Part shown: in pieces, positions 1 through 9,177 of the stretch
How positions within the stretch are numbered: the first letter of the stretch is position 1
How the letters are laid out: the number at the start of each line of letters is the position of its first letter
Source: Rickettsiales bacterium
GTDB taxonomy: Bacteria > Pseudomonadota > Alphaproteobacteria > Rickettsiales > UBA998
Assembly (NCBI GenBank): GCA_036770365.1
Contig: DAIPJH010000006.1
Coordinates: 64,904-128,903, forward strand
Length of the DNA stretch: 64,000 nt
Reading direction: 5' to 3'
Position numbers and translations under genes: made by a program
The notes under the pieces: model-generated
Told to the model about the DNA's origin: nothing
Database searches by the model: none
What the model saw: only the letters and a program-made list of their open reading frames with translations

Positions 1-2
1 AT

Positions 3-431
3 ACTCGAGCAGGTAATTTTCAGCTTGATGGCAATGGCGTACTTGCCACCGCCGCAGGATTTCCTGTTCTTGACCAAGGCGGTCAACCTATCCAATTTGA
101 TCCAGAAGATAAAGATGTTGTGATTTCAGATACAGGCCGCGTTGTTGTAAACGGCGAGGAACGTACTGCCTTGAATATTGTTGAGTTTGCCAATGCACAA
201 GACATGGTTCAAGAAGGCAACACTATGTATAAAACGGATGAGACGCCTGTTGTTGCAAGCAACAGCCGTGTTCTTCATGGTGTTTTGGAAAAATCAAACG
301 TAGAGCCGATCCGCGAGATCGTTGACATGACAGAGGTCAATCGCGCCGTGGGCAACACCGCTAAGTTCATTGAGGTGGCATATGATTTGCAACGTAAAGC
401 CAATAATGTCTATTCACAACAACAAGGCTAG
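3..431 (+). CDS. flgF: Flagellar basal-body rod protein FlgF (5'-truncated by window edge)
   Basis: Frame is open from base 3 (TRAGNFQLDGNG rod motif); C-terminal LEKSNVEPIREIVDM motif; lies directly upstream of flgG. Confidence 0.85.
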   Translation, partial: TRAGNFQLDGNGVLATAAGFPVLDQGGQPIQFDPEDKDVVISDTGRVVVNGEERTALNIVEFANAQDMVQEGNTMYKTDETPVVASNSRVLHGVLEKSNVEPIREIVDMTEVNRAVGNTAKFIEVAYDLQRKANNVYSQQQG

Positions 432-460
432 TAACTAGCTGTTAAAAACGGAGTAACACC

Positions 461-1246
461 ATGAGATCATTAAACATTGCCGCAACAGGGATGACAGCAC
501 AACAGCTCAATGTTGATACTACCTCCCATAACCTTGCCAACATGACCACCACTGGCTACAAACGTCAGCGTGCTGAGTTTCAAGATTTGATTTACCAAGA
601 TTTAAAACGTGCGGGCGCGAATTCTTCTGACAATGGTACGGTCGTACCAACAGGCGTTCAAATTGGTCTAGGGGTAAAAACAGGGGCGATTTTCCGTAAC
701 CATGGACAAGGCACGGTACAACAAACAGAAGGGCCGCTGGATGTCGCGATGCAAGGACGCGGCTTCTTCAAGATTCAAATGCCTGATGGATCAGATGCCT
801 ACACCCGTGATGGAACATTCCAGTTAAGCCCTGATGGACAGATTGTTACATCTGATGGTTATATTGTACAACCAAACATCACCATCCCCAATGATGCCGT
901 CAGTGTCAGTATCAGTGCAACGGGCGTTGTAGAAATCATTCAAACAGGGCAGATCAATCCCACTCAAGTAGGTCAACTCCAATTAGTGAGCTTTATCAAT
1001 GAACCGGGATTGCAAGCACAAGGAAATAACCTTTATACTGCCACCGCCGCCTCAGGTGATCCGATCGAGGGGCTTGCAGGTGATCCAGGTTTTGGATCAA
1101 TTTTACAAGGCTACGTAGAAAATTCGAACGTTGATCCTGTGACTGAAATTACCGATTTGATTGTCGCACAGCGTGCTTACGAGATGAACTCAAAAGTTAT
1201 CACTGCATCTGATGAAATGCTTCAATCTTTGGCACAATCAGCGTAA
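461..1246 (+). CDS. flgG: Flagellar basal-body distal rod protein FlgG
   Basis: MRSLNIAATGM..QQLNVDTTSHNLANMTTTGYK, YTRDG and ENSNVDPVTEITDLIVAQRAYEMNSK motifs; 261 aa. Confidence 0.97.
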   Translation: MRSLNIAATGMTAQQLNVDTTSHNLANMTTTGYKRQRAEFQDLIYQDLKRAGANSSDNGTVVPTGVQIGLGVKTGAIFRNHGQGTVQQTEGPLDVAMQGRGFFKIQMPDGSDAYTRDGTFQLSPDGQIVTSDGYIVQPNITIPNDAVSVSISATGVVEIIQTGQINPTQVGQLQLVSFINEPGLQAQGNNLYTATAASGDPIEGLAGDPGFGSILQGYVENSNVDPVTEITDLIVAQRAYEMNSKVITASDEMLQSLAQSA

Positions 1247-1404
1247 AAGTTGCTAGGGTTTAGGGGCTAGTATATGTTAGTACTTTAACTTCATGATTCA
1301 CCATTTTCTTGAGAATTATTACGTTAAACGACTATAGTTTTTTTCAAGTGTCGCGCTGTTGTAAAAAGCGCGGTTTTTTGGCAAAAGAAAGAAAACACAT
1401 CAAG

Positions 1405-2841
1405 ATGAAGCCGTCACACACACTAGTTTCCGCTGCGCTATGTTTGATCATGATGCCGCTATGCACATGGGCAGCAGAACCAATTCAAACAGAGAAATCC
1501 GCACAAGACGCCAGCTCTCAAGCCGAGCGTGAACGTATTGTCCGCGCCTTGGTAGAGGGAGATGACAAAACTGCTTCCTCTTTCCAAGATGTCACGCTAC
1601 CCACGGTGGAGACTCCCCCTTCCACCGCTACGACAACCACTACACCTGCCATCGCATCTGGAGAAAACGGAAAAACCTCACTCTTTGAGGTCACACGCCG
1701 CGATGCGGAAGCATCTGTTGGTATTGCCCTTGCCGCAGCAGGTGCTTCAGAACTTACAGAAGCAGACATCATCAAACCGATCAACACCATCCTCTACAAA
1801 CACGACAAACCTCTGAAAATTGAGGTAAAAACCTTGCAATTTGATCCAAAGTCCCATCTTTGGAATGGGAATCTATTGTTGATTGACGAAACAGGGAACG
1901 TGGTCACTGCCATGCCCGCGAGTGGGCGTTGGCAGGAACTAAAATCTGTGCCATCCCTTAAACATACCATTCGTGCGGGCGAGATGATCAAAGAAGAAGA
2001 CATTGTACAGATGCATTATCCCGCAAGCCGCTTGCACGACGATAATGTGGTGGACGCTTCGGAACTGATTGGCAAAACGCCACGTCGCTCCATTTCCAAC
2101 AGCCGCCCAATCCGCAAAAATGAAGTGCAAGCTCCAGCCATGGTCAAAAAAGGTGCGACCGTGACCATGCATTACAACACCCCTGCCATGAGCATAACGA
2201 CCATAGGCCAAACCCTCCAAGACGGCGGTAAAGGCGAGTTAATTCGCGTAAAGAACATCGACAGCAACGCCATTGTGCAAGCTAGTGTCCTCTCTGAAAA
2301 TGAAGTACAGGTTGGTGGCTTTGATGGCATCAACACCAACGTGCAGGCAGTGATTCTCTCACCTGCCAAAAAAGATGTTGTAGTGCAAGCTGGCAAAGAA
2401 GTCGCCATACCGCTAACGCCGACACCACAAACCACAGCATCTCCTGCGCCGGCAGCAACAGAAACACCTGCACCTGAGCCTCAGCAAGCGTTACCGACAG
2501 AAAATACCGCAGACTCGGCAAAATCTGCCGAGCCAGCTCAGTCTACGCTTGCCAATCCAACGCTTCAACAACCCATTCCCATCACACGGGGCGTCCCTTC
2601 TCGTGCTGACATTGACAAAGCATCTGAAGAAGAGAAGAAAAAACAAGAGCTTAAAGAAAAAATGGTGCGTGATGCCTTTATGAATGAAGAAGGGATGACC
2701 CCCACCAAAGCGTTAGAGAGTCTCAACCCAGATGACATGATTCTTGCACCAAAGAAGATGTTTACCTCACCAGAATTGCCAGATCTTGATCCCACCAAGC
2801 CTCGTGATCCCGCCAACCCGTTTAAAGGAATGACGCCATGA
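1405..2841 (+). CDS. flgA: Flagellar P-ring formation chaperone FlgA, extended form
   Basis: Signal peptide from ATG 1405; SAF-like core (GKTPRRSI..VKKGATVTM..GQTLQDGGKGELIRVKNIDS); lies between flgG and flgH. Confidence 0.8.
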   Translation: MKPSHTLVSAALCLIMMPLCTWAAEPIQTEKSAQDASSQAERERIVRALVEGDDKTASSFQDVTLPTVETPPSTATTTTTPAIASGENGKTSLFEVTRRDAEASVGIALAAAGASELTEADIIKPINTILYKHDKPLKIEVKTLQFDPKSHLWNGNLLLIDETGNVVTAMPASGRWQELKSVPSLKHTIRAGEMIKEEDIVQMHYPASRLHDDNVVDASELIGKTPRRSISNSRPIRKNEVQAPAMVKKGATVTMHYNTPAMSITTIGQTLQDGGKGELIRVKNIDSNAIVQASVLSENEVQVGGFDGINTNVQAVILSPAKKDVVVQAGKEVAIPLTPTPQTTASPAPAATETPAPEPQQALPTENTADSAKSAEPAQSTLANPTLQQPIPITRGVPSRADIDKASEEEKKKQELKEKMVRDAFMNEEGMTPTKALESLNPDDMILAPKKMFTSPELPDLDPTKPRDPANPFKGMTP

Positions 2842-3605
2842 AAAAGCTCTCCTCCACCACCACTCTGACTCTGTGCGCGGGCATCTTCATGTTGAGCGGC
2901 TTAAGCGGATGCGCCACTACTTTGAATAAGCTTGAAACCGTAGGAGACTCTCCTGCGATGACCAAAACCGAAGACCCAACCACACGCCCGAACTATCAGC
3001 CTGTAAGCTGGCCTGTGACCAAACAGCCTGTACCAAGTGAACGTCAAGCAAATTCGCTCTGGCAACCAGGGGCGCGAGCCTTTTTCCGTGACCAACGCGC
3101 CAGCCGTGTTGGCGATATTTTACGTGTACGCATTGCCATCAAAGATAAAGCCGAGCTGAACAATGAAACGCAGCGCAAGCGCGATACCAAAGAAAATGTT
3201 GGCGCGCCTGAAGTCTTTGGTATGGGTGGCAAACTAGGGCTGCTTACCCCCGGAAAACCAAATCCAGAGAGCCTGTTCGACATCACAGGGAAAACCGACA
3301 ATAAAGGTACGGGGACGGTGAAACGTCAGGAAAAGATTGAAACCCAAGTTGCTGCGCTCATCACCCAAGTACTTCCAAACGGCAACTACGTAATTTCAGG
3401 TTCGCAAGAGATGCGCATCAACTATGAAATTCGTGAAGTATCTGTCAGCGGCGTCGTTCGCCCCCAAGATATTGACATGGACAACACGGTAGATTCCTCA
3501 CAGATCGCCGAAGCACGCGTTATCTACGGTGGTCGCGGTCAACTCAGCGATGTCCAGCAACCGCGCTGGGGTTCTCAGGTGATTGATATTTTATCGCCGT
3601 TTTGA
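2838..3605 (+). CDS. flgH: Flagellar L-ring lipoprotein FlgH
   Basis: Lipobox LSGC; SLWQPGARAFFRDQRASRVGDIL, VLPNGN and QQPRWG motifs. Confidence 0.95.
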   Translation: MKKLSSTTTLTLCAGIFMLSGLSGCATTLNKLETVGDSPAMTKTEDPTTRPNYQPVSWPVTKQPVPSERQANSLWQPGARAFFRDQRASRVGDILRVRIAIKDKAELNNETQRKRDTKENVGAPEVFGMGGKLGLLTPGKPNPESLFDITGKTDNKGTGTVKRQEKIETQVAALITQVLPNGNYVISGSQEMRINYEIREVSVSGVVRPQDIDMDNTVDSSQIAEARVIYGGRGQLSDVQQPRWGSQVIDILSPF

Positions 3606-3611
3606 TGTCCT

Positions 3612-3644
3612 CGTCATAAAATTGTCATGTTTTTGCTATAGTAT
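3612..3644 (+). promoter_or_regulatory. Pho-box-like promoter
   Basis: CGTCAT-AAAAT-TGTCAT (3612-3628), 10 nt, then TAGTAT (3639-3644), upstream of ORF 3678. Confidence 0.6.
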
Positions 3645-3677
3645 GTTGCATGGAGACATCACAGTAAGGATATAACA

Positions 3678-4307
3678 ATGAGACGTGACGACGATTTGCA
3701 AAAACCTATTCTTGGTACAATTTCACAAACCATGCGGACAGACAGTGGGCATATTGCCCGTTATAGACATACTGTACGCGAGGGTGACTATGTGCCTATC
3801 GAACTAGCAAGACCTAAGGGGTATAAATCGCGCCAAAAAGAAAAGATGACCACCCATGAGGACGCCATGATTGAACATGTCGCTAACATTGGTCATGAAG
3901 CACTATCTGACTATGAACAAGGAACACAACAACTTCCTCATTATCCAAAACTGGACAAAACAACACACGATGACATTGAGGCACGACAAAACGAACATTT
4001 TCAGCGTATGGTTGATGCTGGTAATTTAAGGCATGAACTGGAATTTGGCGAACACAGAGAAAAATTAACAAACCTCTCGTGGGAAACAGGCCACCCTTTG
4101 CATGATTTGGATGCTACTCCCCAAGAACGTACCGTTCACGTGGGCAGCATTCCCCTAACACGACAAGAATACCCAATTCTGTCTCACACACCAGAAGAGT
4201 TTACTACCGCACTCCGCGATGCAAAGAAGCGTCATTTTGGTAGACATACGGGTAAGATCCTTGATGACATCACCTCCCCTCCTGAACCGTCACCGCGAGG
4301 CCGCTAA
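3678..4307 (+). CDS. Hypothetical protein, paralogue of 5470..6024
   Basis: 209-aa ORF with RBS AAGGA; shares a 54-aa C-terminal block with ORF 5470. Confidence 0.75.
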   Translation: MRRDDDLQKPILGTISQTMRTDSGHIARYRHTVREGDYVPIELARPKGYKSRQKEKMTTHEDAMIEHVANIGHEALSDYEQGTQQLPHYPKLDKTTHDDIEARQNEHFQRMVDAGNLRHELEFGEHREKLTNLSWETGHPLHDLDATPQERTVHVGSIPLTRQEYPILSHTPEEFTTALRDAKKRHFGRHTGKILDDITSPPEPSPRGR

Positions 4308-4318
4308 TATATACTCAC

Positions 4319-5176
4319 TTATGACCGTGGTGATATTGGTGGGGATGACTGTGCCTTGTTAATGACATGCGTTGCCATCAAGGGCTGTAAGCCAGCCATG
4401 AGTGTATCAAGCTCTTTATCATGTGCATCTAATATATTTTTCAATGCATCATCAGCAACATCCCTACCAAATTGTCCAGATGCCTTGGCTTGATTATGCG
4501 CATCCATTTGTACACATGCCAAGGCCGCATCAACATAAGATTCAATACGTTCGTCAGGCAACTCGCTTGCAATGAAGTGTTTTATGACACCACGTTCAGC
4601 ATCCACAATTTTTGTGATCATGGCATCATAACAAGGCTGAACGCTAGGACGCACACGGGCGGTTGCCTCAAAACAAAGCAATGTATCCTGCAGCCCAACA
4701 AGGGCGTCAATTTTGCTTCCAATATCACGAGGCAACCGCTGCTCTTGATACGTTTTTGCTGTTAGAAATCCATCTACAAGCCGCCCCACCCGTGCAAGAG
4801 CGGAAAAATCTTTTTGTGCAAATAAGGAAACAACCTCATCTGGTAAAAACGCAGCAAGCTCAGAAACGTCAACGCCATGAAGTAATTGTTGAACACCATC
4901 CTCAAAAAACGACGCGCTGCTAGGGTTTAAAATCAATGACTTCACTACATCATGATGATTTAAATAACTTTGAAAATCAAAATTATCAGCGCGATACGAA
5001 CGAATACCACTATCCCTCACATCCGCCTCACCAATAGCAAGATCAATCAATTTTGCAAACCCTTCAAGATTCCTTATCGCTTCCTTATCTTTACGATGTG
5101 CTAGCGCATGCTGATTCTTATGCAGAAAATCAAGATAATGATTGTAGTTCGCCACCATTCTTTCGGCAACACCCAT
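4319..5176 (-). CDS. Hypothetical helical protein
   Basis: 285-aa ORF with RBS AAAGGAG; no recognisable family. Confidence 0.75.
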   Translation of the reverse strand: MGVAERMVANYNHYLDFLHKNQHALAHRKDKEAIRNLEGFAKLIDLAIGEADVRDSGIRSYRADNFDFQSYLNHHDVVKSLILNPSSASFFEDGVQQLLHGVDVSELAAFLPDEVVSLFAQKDFSALARVGRLVDGFLTAKTYQEQRLPRDIGSKIDALVGLQDTLLCFEATARVRPSVQPCYDAMITKIVDAERGVIKHFIASELPDERIESYVDAALACVQMDAHNQAKASGQFGRDVADDALKNILDAHDKELDTLMAGLQPLMATHVINKAQSSPPISPRS

Positions 5177-5207
5177 CGCATGCTCCTTTTACTTTTAGAC
5201 AGTAACA

Positions 5208-5263
5208 TAGCACGTTAACTTTATAAGCTCCTATTTTTTGGAAATTATAAAGTTAACGTGCTA
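5208..5263. repeat. Perfect 19-bp inverted repeat with 18-nt spacer
   Basis: TAGCACGTTAACTTTATAA (5208-5226) / TTATAAAGTTAACGTGCTA (5245-5263). Confidence 0.9.
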
Positions 5264-5324
5264 GAAAATCATAAAGTTATGCTCGTTTGACTTCTTATAA
5301 AATACGTAGTTATTAAGTTAAACG

Positions 5325-5357
5325 ACTATAGAATAAAACGATGACAAGATGATGACA
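5325..5357 (-). promoter_or_regulatory. Pho-box-like promoter
   Basis: Minus strand TGTCAT-CATCT-TGTCAT (5357-5341), 10 nt, then TATAGT (5330-5325), facing ORF 4319..5176. Confidence 0.65.
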
Positions 5358-5388
5358 ATCATAAAAACCAACGTCTAATCAAAGCAGA

Positions 5389-5405
5389 TGTCACAAATAT
5401 TTCAT
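5389..5405 (+). promoter_or_regulatory. Weaker Pho-box-like direct repeat
   Basis: TGTCAC-AAATA-TTTCAT upstream of ORF 5470; no clean -10 at 10-nt spacing. Confidence 0.4.
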
Positions 5406-5469
5406 ACTTTTTAAAGAATAAATTTGTTAATATGTAGAGATATACAGCTTAATTATATGGGTTTATTTT

Positions 5470-6024
5470 ATGAGTGATGCAACAAAACATCCTATAGCCG
5501 ATGGTCCTTATACCCCTATTGGTGAAGCATCCTCAGTGGAGTATAGTGCTGCGCGTGACAAACAAAAAGCTATCATAGAGCATGAAGCGGCAACTGGCGT
5601 TGAATCAGTACGCAGAGCAGCACATAGCAACTATATGGATAGCAGTACAGAATTTTACGACGAAGGGCAGTATATGCTGCCTAAAGATAAGGCGGCACTA
5701 GTAGCATCAATGAATACGCAACAAGAGTTGTCAAGAGCTGCCCTTGAAGCTAGAGATGCCATCAAGGCAGGTGAACATGATGACACGCTCTCAAATCTAG
5801 GCAAAGACGGTCATCCAGTGGTTGATCTTACCGCCACACCTTCTGCTAAAGGCATCAAAGTCAAAGGAATTGAAGTCAGTCGTCTTGAGTATCCTGTTGT
5901 AGCACGTAACGCAGGCGAGTTTGGCGCAGCAGTAGCAACAGCAAAATCTGCAGTACTTGGTAAACATACAAGTGATTATGTATCACAGGCTGTTACAGCA
6001 GCCGAAGAAGGCTTAAAGCGTTAG
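5470..6024 (+). CDS. Hypothetical protein, paralogue of 3678..4307
   Basis: 184-aa ORF; shared GHP..DL.ATP..R.EYP..EF..AK..G.HT block. Confidence 0.75.
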   Translation: MSDATKHPIADGPYTPIGEASSVEYSAARDKQKAIIEHEAATGVESVRRAAHSNYMDSSTEFYDEGQYMLPKDKAALVASMNTQQELSRAALEARDAIKAGEHDDTLSNLGKDGHPVVDLTATPSAKGIKVKGIEVSRLEYPVVARNAGEFGAAVATAKSAVLGKHTSDYVSQAVTAAEEGLKR

Positions 6025-6029
6025 TAATA

Positions 6030-8261
6030 CTAAGAAAATTTATTATTTCTTGGGAAGCCAACAGGCGGTAAACGCCCCGAAGTGGCACGGTGTCCGTACC
6101 ATGGGGTAATGTCGGTTTCTGTGCGGGTTTTTGCGCCCAGACTCCAGCTTAAGCCATCTTCCTTTTTGAACAGTAAGATATCTGAAATATGACCGTCTTT
6201 ATATTTTTGCAGCATGACGCCCTGCCCACGCACCATTTCAGGAATCTCAGAAAGCGGAAAACACAGAAGTTTACGGTTTTTGCCAATGACTGCGACGGTA
6301 TCTTGACCCGCAATAATCGGGATACAAAATGCTGCTTTACCTGTGCCGACATTAAGAATCTGTTTGCCGCCTTTGGTGGAGGCAACAACTTGCTCTGCAT
6401 CGACCACAAACCCTCGCCCAGCGTCACTTACGACCAATAATTTTTGACCTTTTTCATGTGCAAGTGCGGTGATGATGTCAGCGTCATTCGGCAAATCCAT
6501 CATCAAGCGCAGCGGCTCACCAAAGCCTTTACCGCGTGCGATTCTATCACCTACAAGCGAATAAAAACGCCCGTTAGTAGCAAAAAACATCAAAGAATCT
6601 GTGGTGCGGGTTTTGAATGAAAACGCAACTTCATCACCCTCTTTCAGCTTCACATCAGAAATATCATCAAAATGTCCTTTAAGTGCGCGAATCCATCCCA
6701 TACGTGAGTAAATCACTGTAATAGGCTCTTTTTCAATAAAAGCTTCCACGTGAATTTCAGTAATCGTTGGAGCAGATTCAAACATCGTGCGGCGTTTACC
6801 AAGTGGAGTATCCACCCCAAAGCGTTTTTGGATGTCTTTAATTTCGCCACGAATCACGCCGCGAGCTTTGGTTTCATCAGTCAAAATTGCGCCCAGTTCT
6901 GCTGCTTCCGCTTCTAACTCGGCTTTTTCCTTTTGAATTTCCATCTCTTCAAGTTTACGCAAATTACGCAAGCGCATATTGAGAATAGCTTCAGCTTGCA
7001 CATCAGTTAAATCCCATTTCGTCATCATCACTTGTTTAGGATGATCTTCCTCACGAATGATACGGATGACTTCGTCAATATTAAGATACGCAACCAGCAA
7101 TCCGCCTAAAATTTCTAAACGCGCCTCAATTTTGCCCAAACGATAACGTGAACGGCGATACAGCACATCATAACGATGCGCGATGAAAGCCTCCAAGATT
7201 TCTTTCAAATCCATCACTTTCGGCATCCCAGACGCAGAAAGCACGTTCAGGTTAAAGTTAATGCGGCTTTGTAAGTCAGTGACTTTGAACAAAGATTCCA
7301 TTAACATTGCAGGATCGACCGAGCGTGATTTTGGCTCTAGCACCACACGCATGTCCTCAGCGGATTCATCACGTATATTAGCAAGCAACGGCAACTTTTT
7401 ATTTTTGAACAAATCTGCAATTTTTTCAATCAAACGCGACTTCGGCACTTGGTAAGGAATCTCAGTGATCACAATCTGATATAAACCATGTGATAACTGT
7501 TCAACCTCCCACTTCGCACGAATGCGCAGCGCACCGCGCCCTGTAGTGTAAGCATTTAAAATCGTAGCGCGTTCTTCGCAAATCGTGCCGCCCGTAGGGA
7601 AATCTGGGCCAGGCAAAACATCTAAAATCTCAGCAATGGTAGTGGTTGGTTTTTTAAGCAACAACAGCAATGCATCACACAACTCGCCAACATTATGCGG
7701 CGGCACCGAGGTTGCCATCCCAACTGCGATCCCCTCTGCGCCATTGGCAAGCAAATTCGGAAACGCCGCAGGCAGCACCACAGGCTCTTCTTCCGAGCCG
7801 TCATAGGTAGGGCGAAAATCCACCGTATCTTCGTCAATGCGCTCTAATAACGTCATTGCCACTTCGGTCAAACGTGCCTCAGTATAACGCATCGCAGCGG
7901 CATTATCACCGTCAATCGAGCCAAAATTGCCCTGACCATCCACCAGCGGGTAACGCACTGCAAAGGTCTGCGCCAAACGCACCATCGTGTCATAAACCGC
8001 AACATCGCCATGTGGGTGATATTTACCAATCACATCCCCGACCACACGGGCGCATTTTTTATAGCCCGAATCAGGATTGAGTTTCAGCAACAACATCGCA
8101 TAGAGCAAACGTCGATGCACAGGCTTCAAGCCATCACGCACATCTGGCAGTGAGCGCGAAGTAATAGTAGACATCGCGTACGCCAAATAACGCTCAGAAA
8201 TGGCATCCTTGAAGGATACAATCTGCGTGTCATCATGTTTTGTAGGTGTGGAAGCTGTCAT
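6030..8261 (-). CDS. parC: DNA topoisomerase IV subunit A
   Basis: RSLPDVRDGLKPVHRR, KYHPHGD and AAAMRYTEARL motifs; 743 aa with a short C-terminal domain typical of ParC rather than GyrA. Confidence 0.95.
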   Translation of the reverse strand: MTASTPTKHDDTQIVSFKDAISERYLAYAMSTITSRSLPDVRDGLKPVHRRLLYAMLLLKLNPDSGYKKCARVVGDVIGKYHPHGDVAVYDTMVRLAQTFAVRYPLVDGQGNFGSIDGDNAAAMRYTEARLTEVAMTLLERIDEDTVDFRPTYDGSEEEPVVLPAAFPNLLANGAEGIAVGMATSVPPHNVGELCDALLLLLKKPTTTIAEILDVLPGPDFPTGGTICEERATILNAYTTGRGALRIRAKWEVEQLSHGLYQIVITEIPYQVPKSRLIEKIADLFKNKKLPLLANIRDESAEDMRVVLEPKSRSVDPAMLMESLFKVTDLQSRINFNLNVLSASGMPKVMDLKEILEAFIAHRYDVLYRRSRYRLGKIEARLEILGGLLVAYLNIDEVIRIIREEDHPKQVMMTKWDLTDVQAEAILNMRLRNLRKLEEMEIQKEKAELEAEAAELGAILTDETKARGVIRGEIKDIQKRFGVDTPLGKRRTMFESAPTITEIHVEAFIEKEPITVIYSRMGWIRALKGHFDDISDVKLKEGDEVAFSFKTRTTDSLMFFATNGRFYSLVGDRIARGKGFGEPLRLMMDLPNDADIITALAHEKGQKLLVVSDAGRGFVVDAEQVVASTKGGKQILNVGTGKAAFCIPIIAGQDTVAVIGKNRKLLCFPLSEIPEMVRGQGVMLQKYKDGHISDILLFKKEDGLSWSLGAKTRTETDITPWYGHRATSGRLPPVGFPRNNKFS

Positions 8262-8314
8262 GCCCTATGTTTTACACATCTTCACACGAGAATAAAGCAG
8301 GAAATGACCTTCAT

Positions 8315-8347
8315 CTTCACGAAAATGTCATCTTTCTATGGCATGGT
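8315..8347 (+). promoter_or_regulatory. Degenerate Pho-box-like promoter
   Basis: CTTCAC-GAAAA-TGTCAT (8315-8331), 10 nt, then CATGGT; upstream of ORFs 8457 and 9178. Confidence 0.4.
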
Positions 8348-8456
8348 ACTTAAGCGTACGTGATAACGCATGCTGTCCTATGCCTTTTTAACACTTGAAT
8401 CTATGAGAAAACAATGAAGCAACCATGTGACATAGACACCAAAGGAAAATATTAAT

Positions 8457-9095
8457 ATGTCAAAAACTTACCTAAATTACATTCAATTCACATCAGACAG
8501 CCCATCAGTCACAATACATGTACTCGATGCGTCAGCAGCGCATACGCAATCTCCCATAGTAGCCCATGAGGAAGACATCATCACACAATTATCCGAGCAA
8601 TATCCCGCACCATCTCCTTTTAAGATGGCGCAAGCAACGGGGATCGCCAAAATGTTTCTTAAAGAAAAACTACCTGAAGCCATTGATGGTGTGGATAAAA
8701 CCACTTACATTAACAATAGCTTCTTTAGGTTAGAAAATGATGCAGCAGGCACATTAAGAACAGGCTACACCGAAGCGGGCAAAGATTTGATCCATGATGT
8801 TGTTGCAATCATGACAATCGAAGGCATATCAGCCGAAAAAGCAATGCTTACACTTGCGAGCGATCTTGCAGCTTCTACTTCCCCTATCACAGAAGAAGAA
8901 TTAGCCTCCTATGCTTTGAAGCACCCTGATATTGTCAAGCTAGGCACGGGACAAAACCAAGATGCGGCAACACCTTCGGCACAAAAACCAACCTCTACCT
9001 TACCATCCAAATATGATGCACACTATCTGCGTAGCTACGGCAAGCTACACCCTGATATTGTAACACTAGCTGATTCAAAAACACGAAACAGGTAA
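8457..9095 (+). CDS. Hypothetical protein with duplicated HPDIV motif
   Basis: 212-aa ORF with RBS AAGGA; YALKHPDIVKL and YGKLHPDIVTL. Confidence 0.7.
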   Translation: MSKTYLNYIQFTSDSPSVTIHVLDASAAHTQSPIVAHEEDIITQLSEQYPAPSPFKMAQATGIAKMFLKEKLPEAIDGVDKTTYINNSFFRLENDAAGTLRTGYTEAGKDLIHDVVAIMTIEGISAEKAMLTLASDLAASTSPITEEELASYALKHPDIVKLGTGQNQDAATPSAQKPTSTLPSKYDAHYLRSYGKLHPDIVTLADSKTRNR

Positions 9096-9177
9096 TCATT
9101 TTTAAAAAAAGTAGGGCATTATAAAGTTAAAGTGATATAGACTACCCACAACATATAATAAAAAAGACAAGAACATC

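Noticed and set aside
1309-1404. ORF-track N-terminal extensions (flgA 1309, ORF 21814, capsid 58844, phaB 19206)
   Set aside because: Downstream ATGs have an RBS or signal peptide and match family starts; the extensions look non-coding.
1323-5331. Identical 15-mer GTTAAACGACTATAG at 1323 and 5317 (similar at 54276)
   Set aside because: It overlaps the palindromic -10-like ACTATAG(T), which serves opposite orientations at the two sites; a shared regulator cannot be supported.
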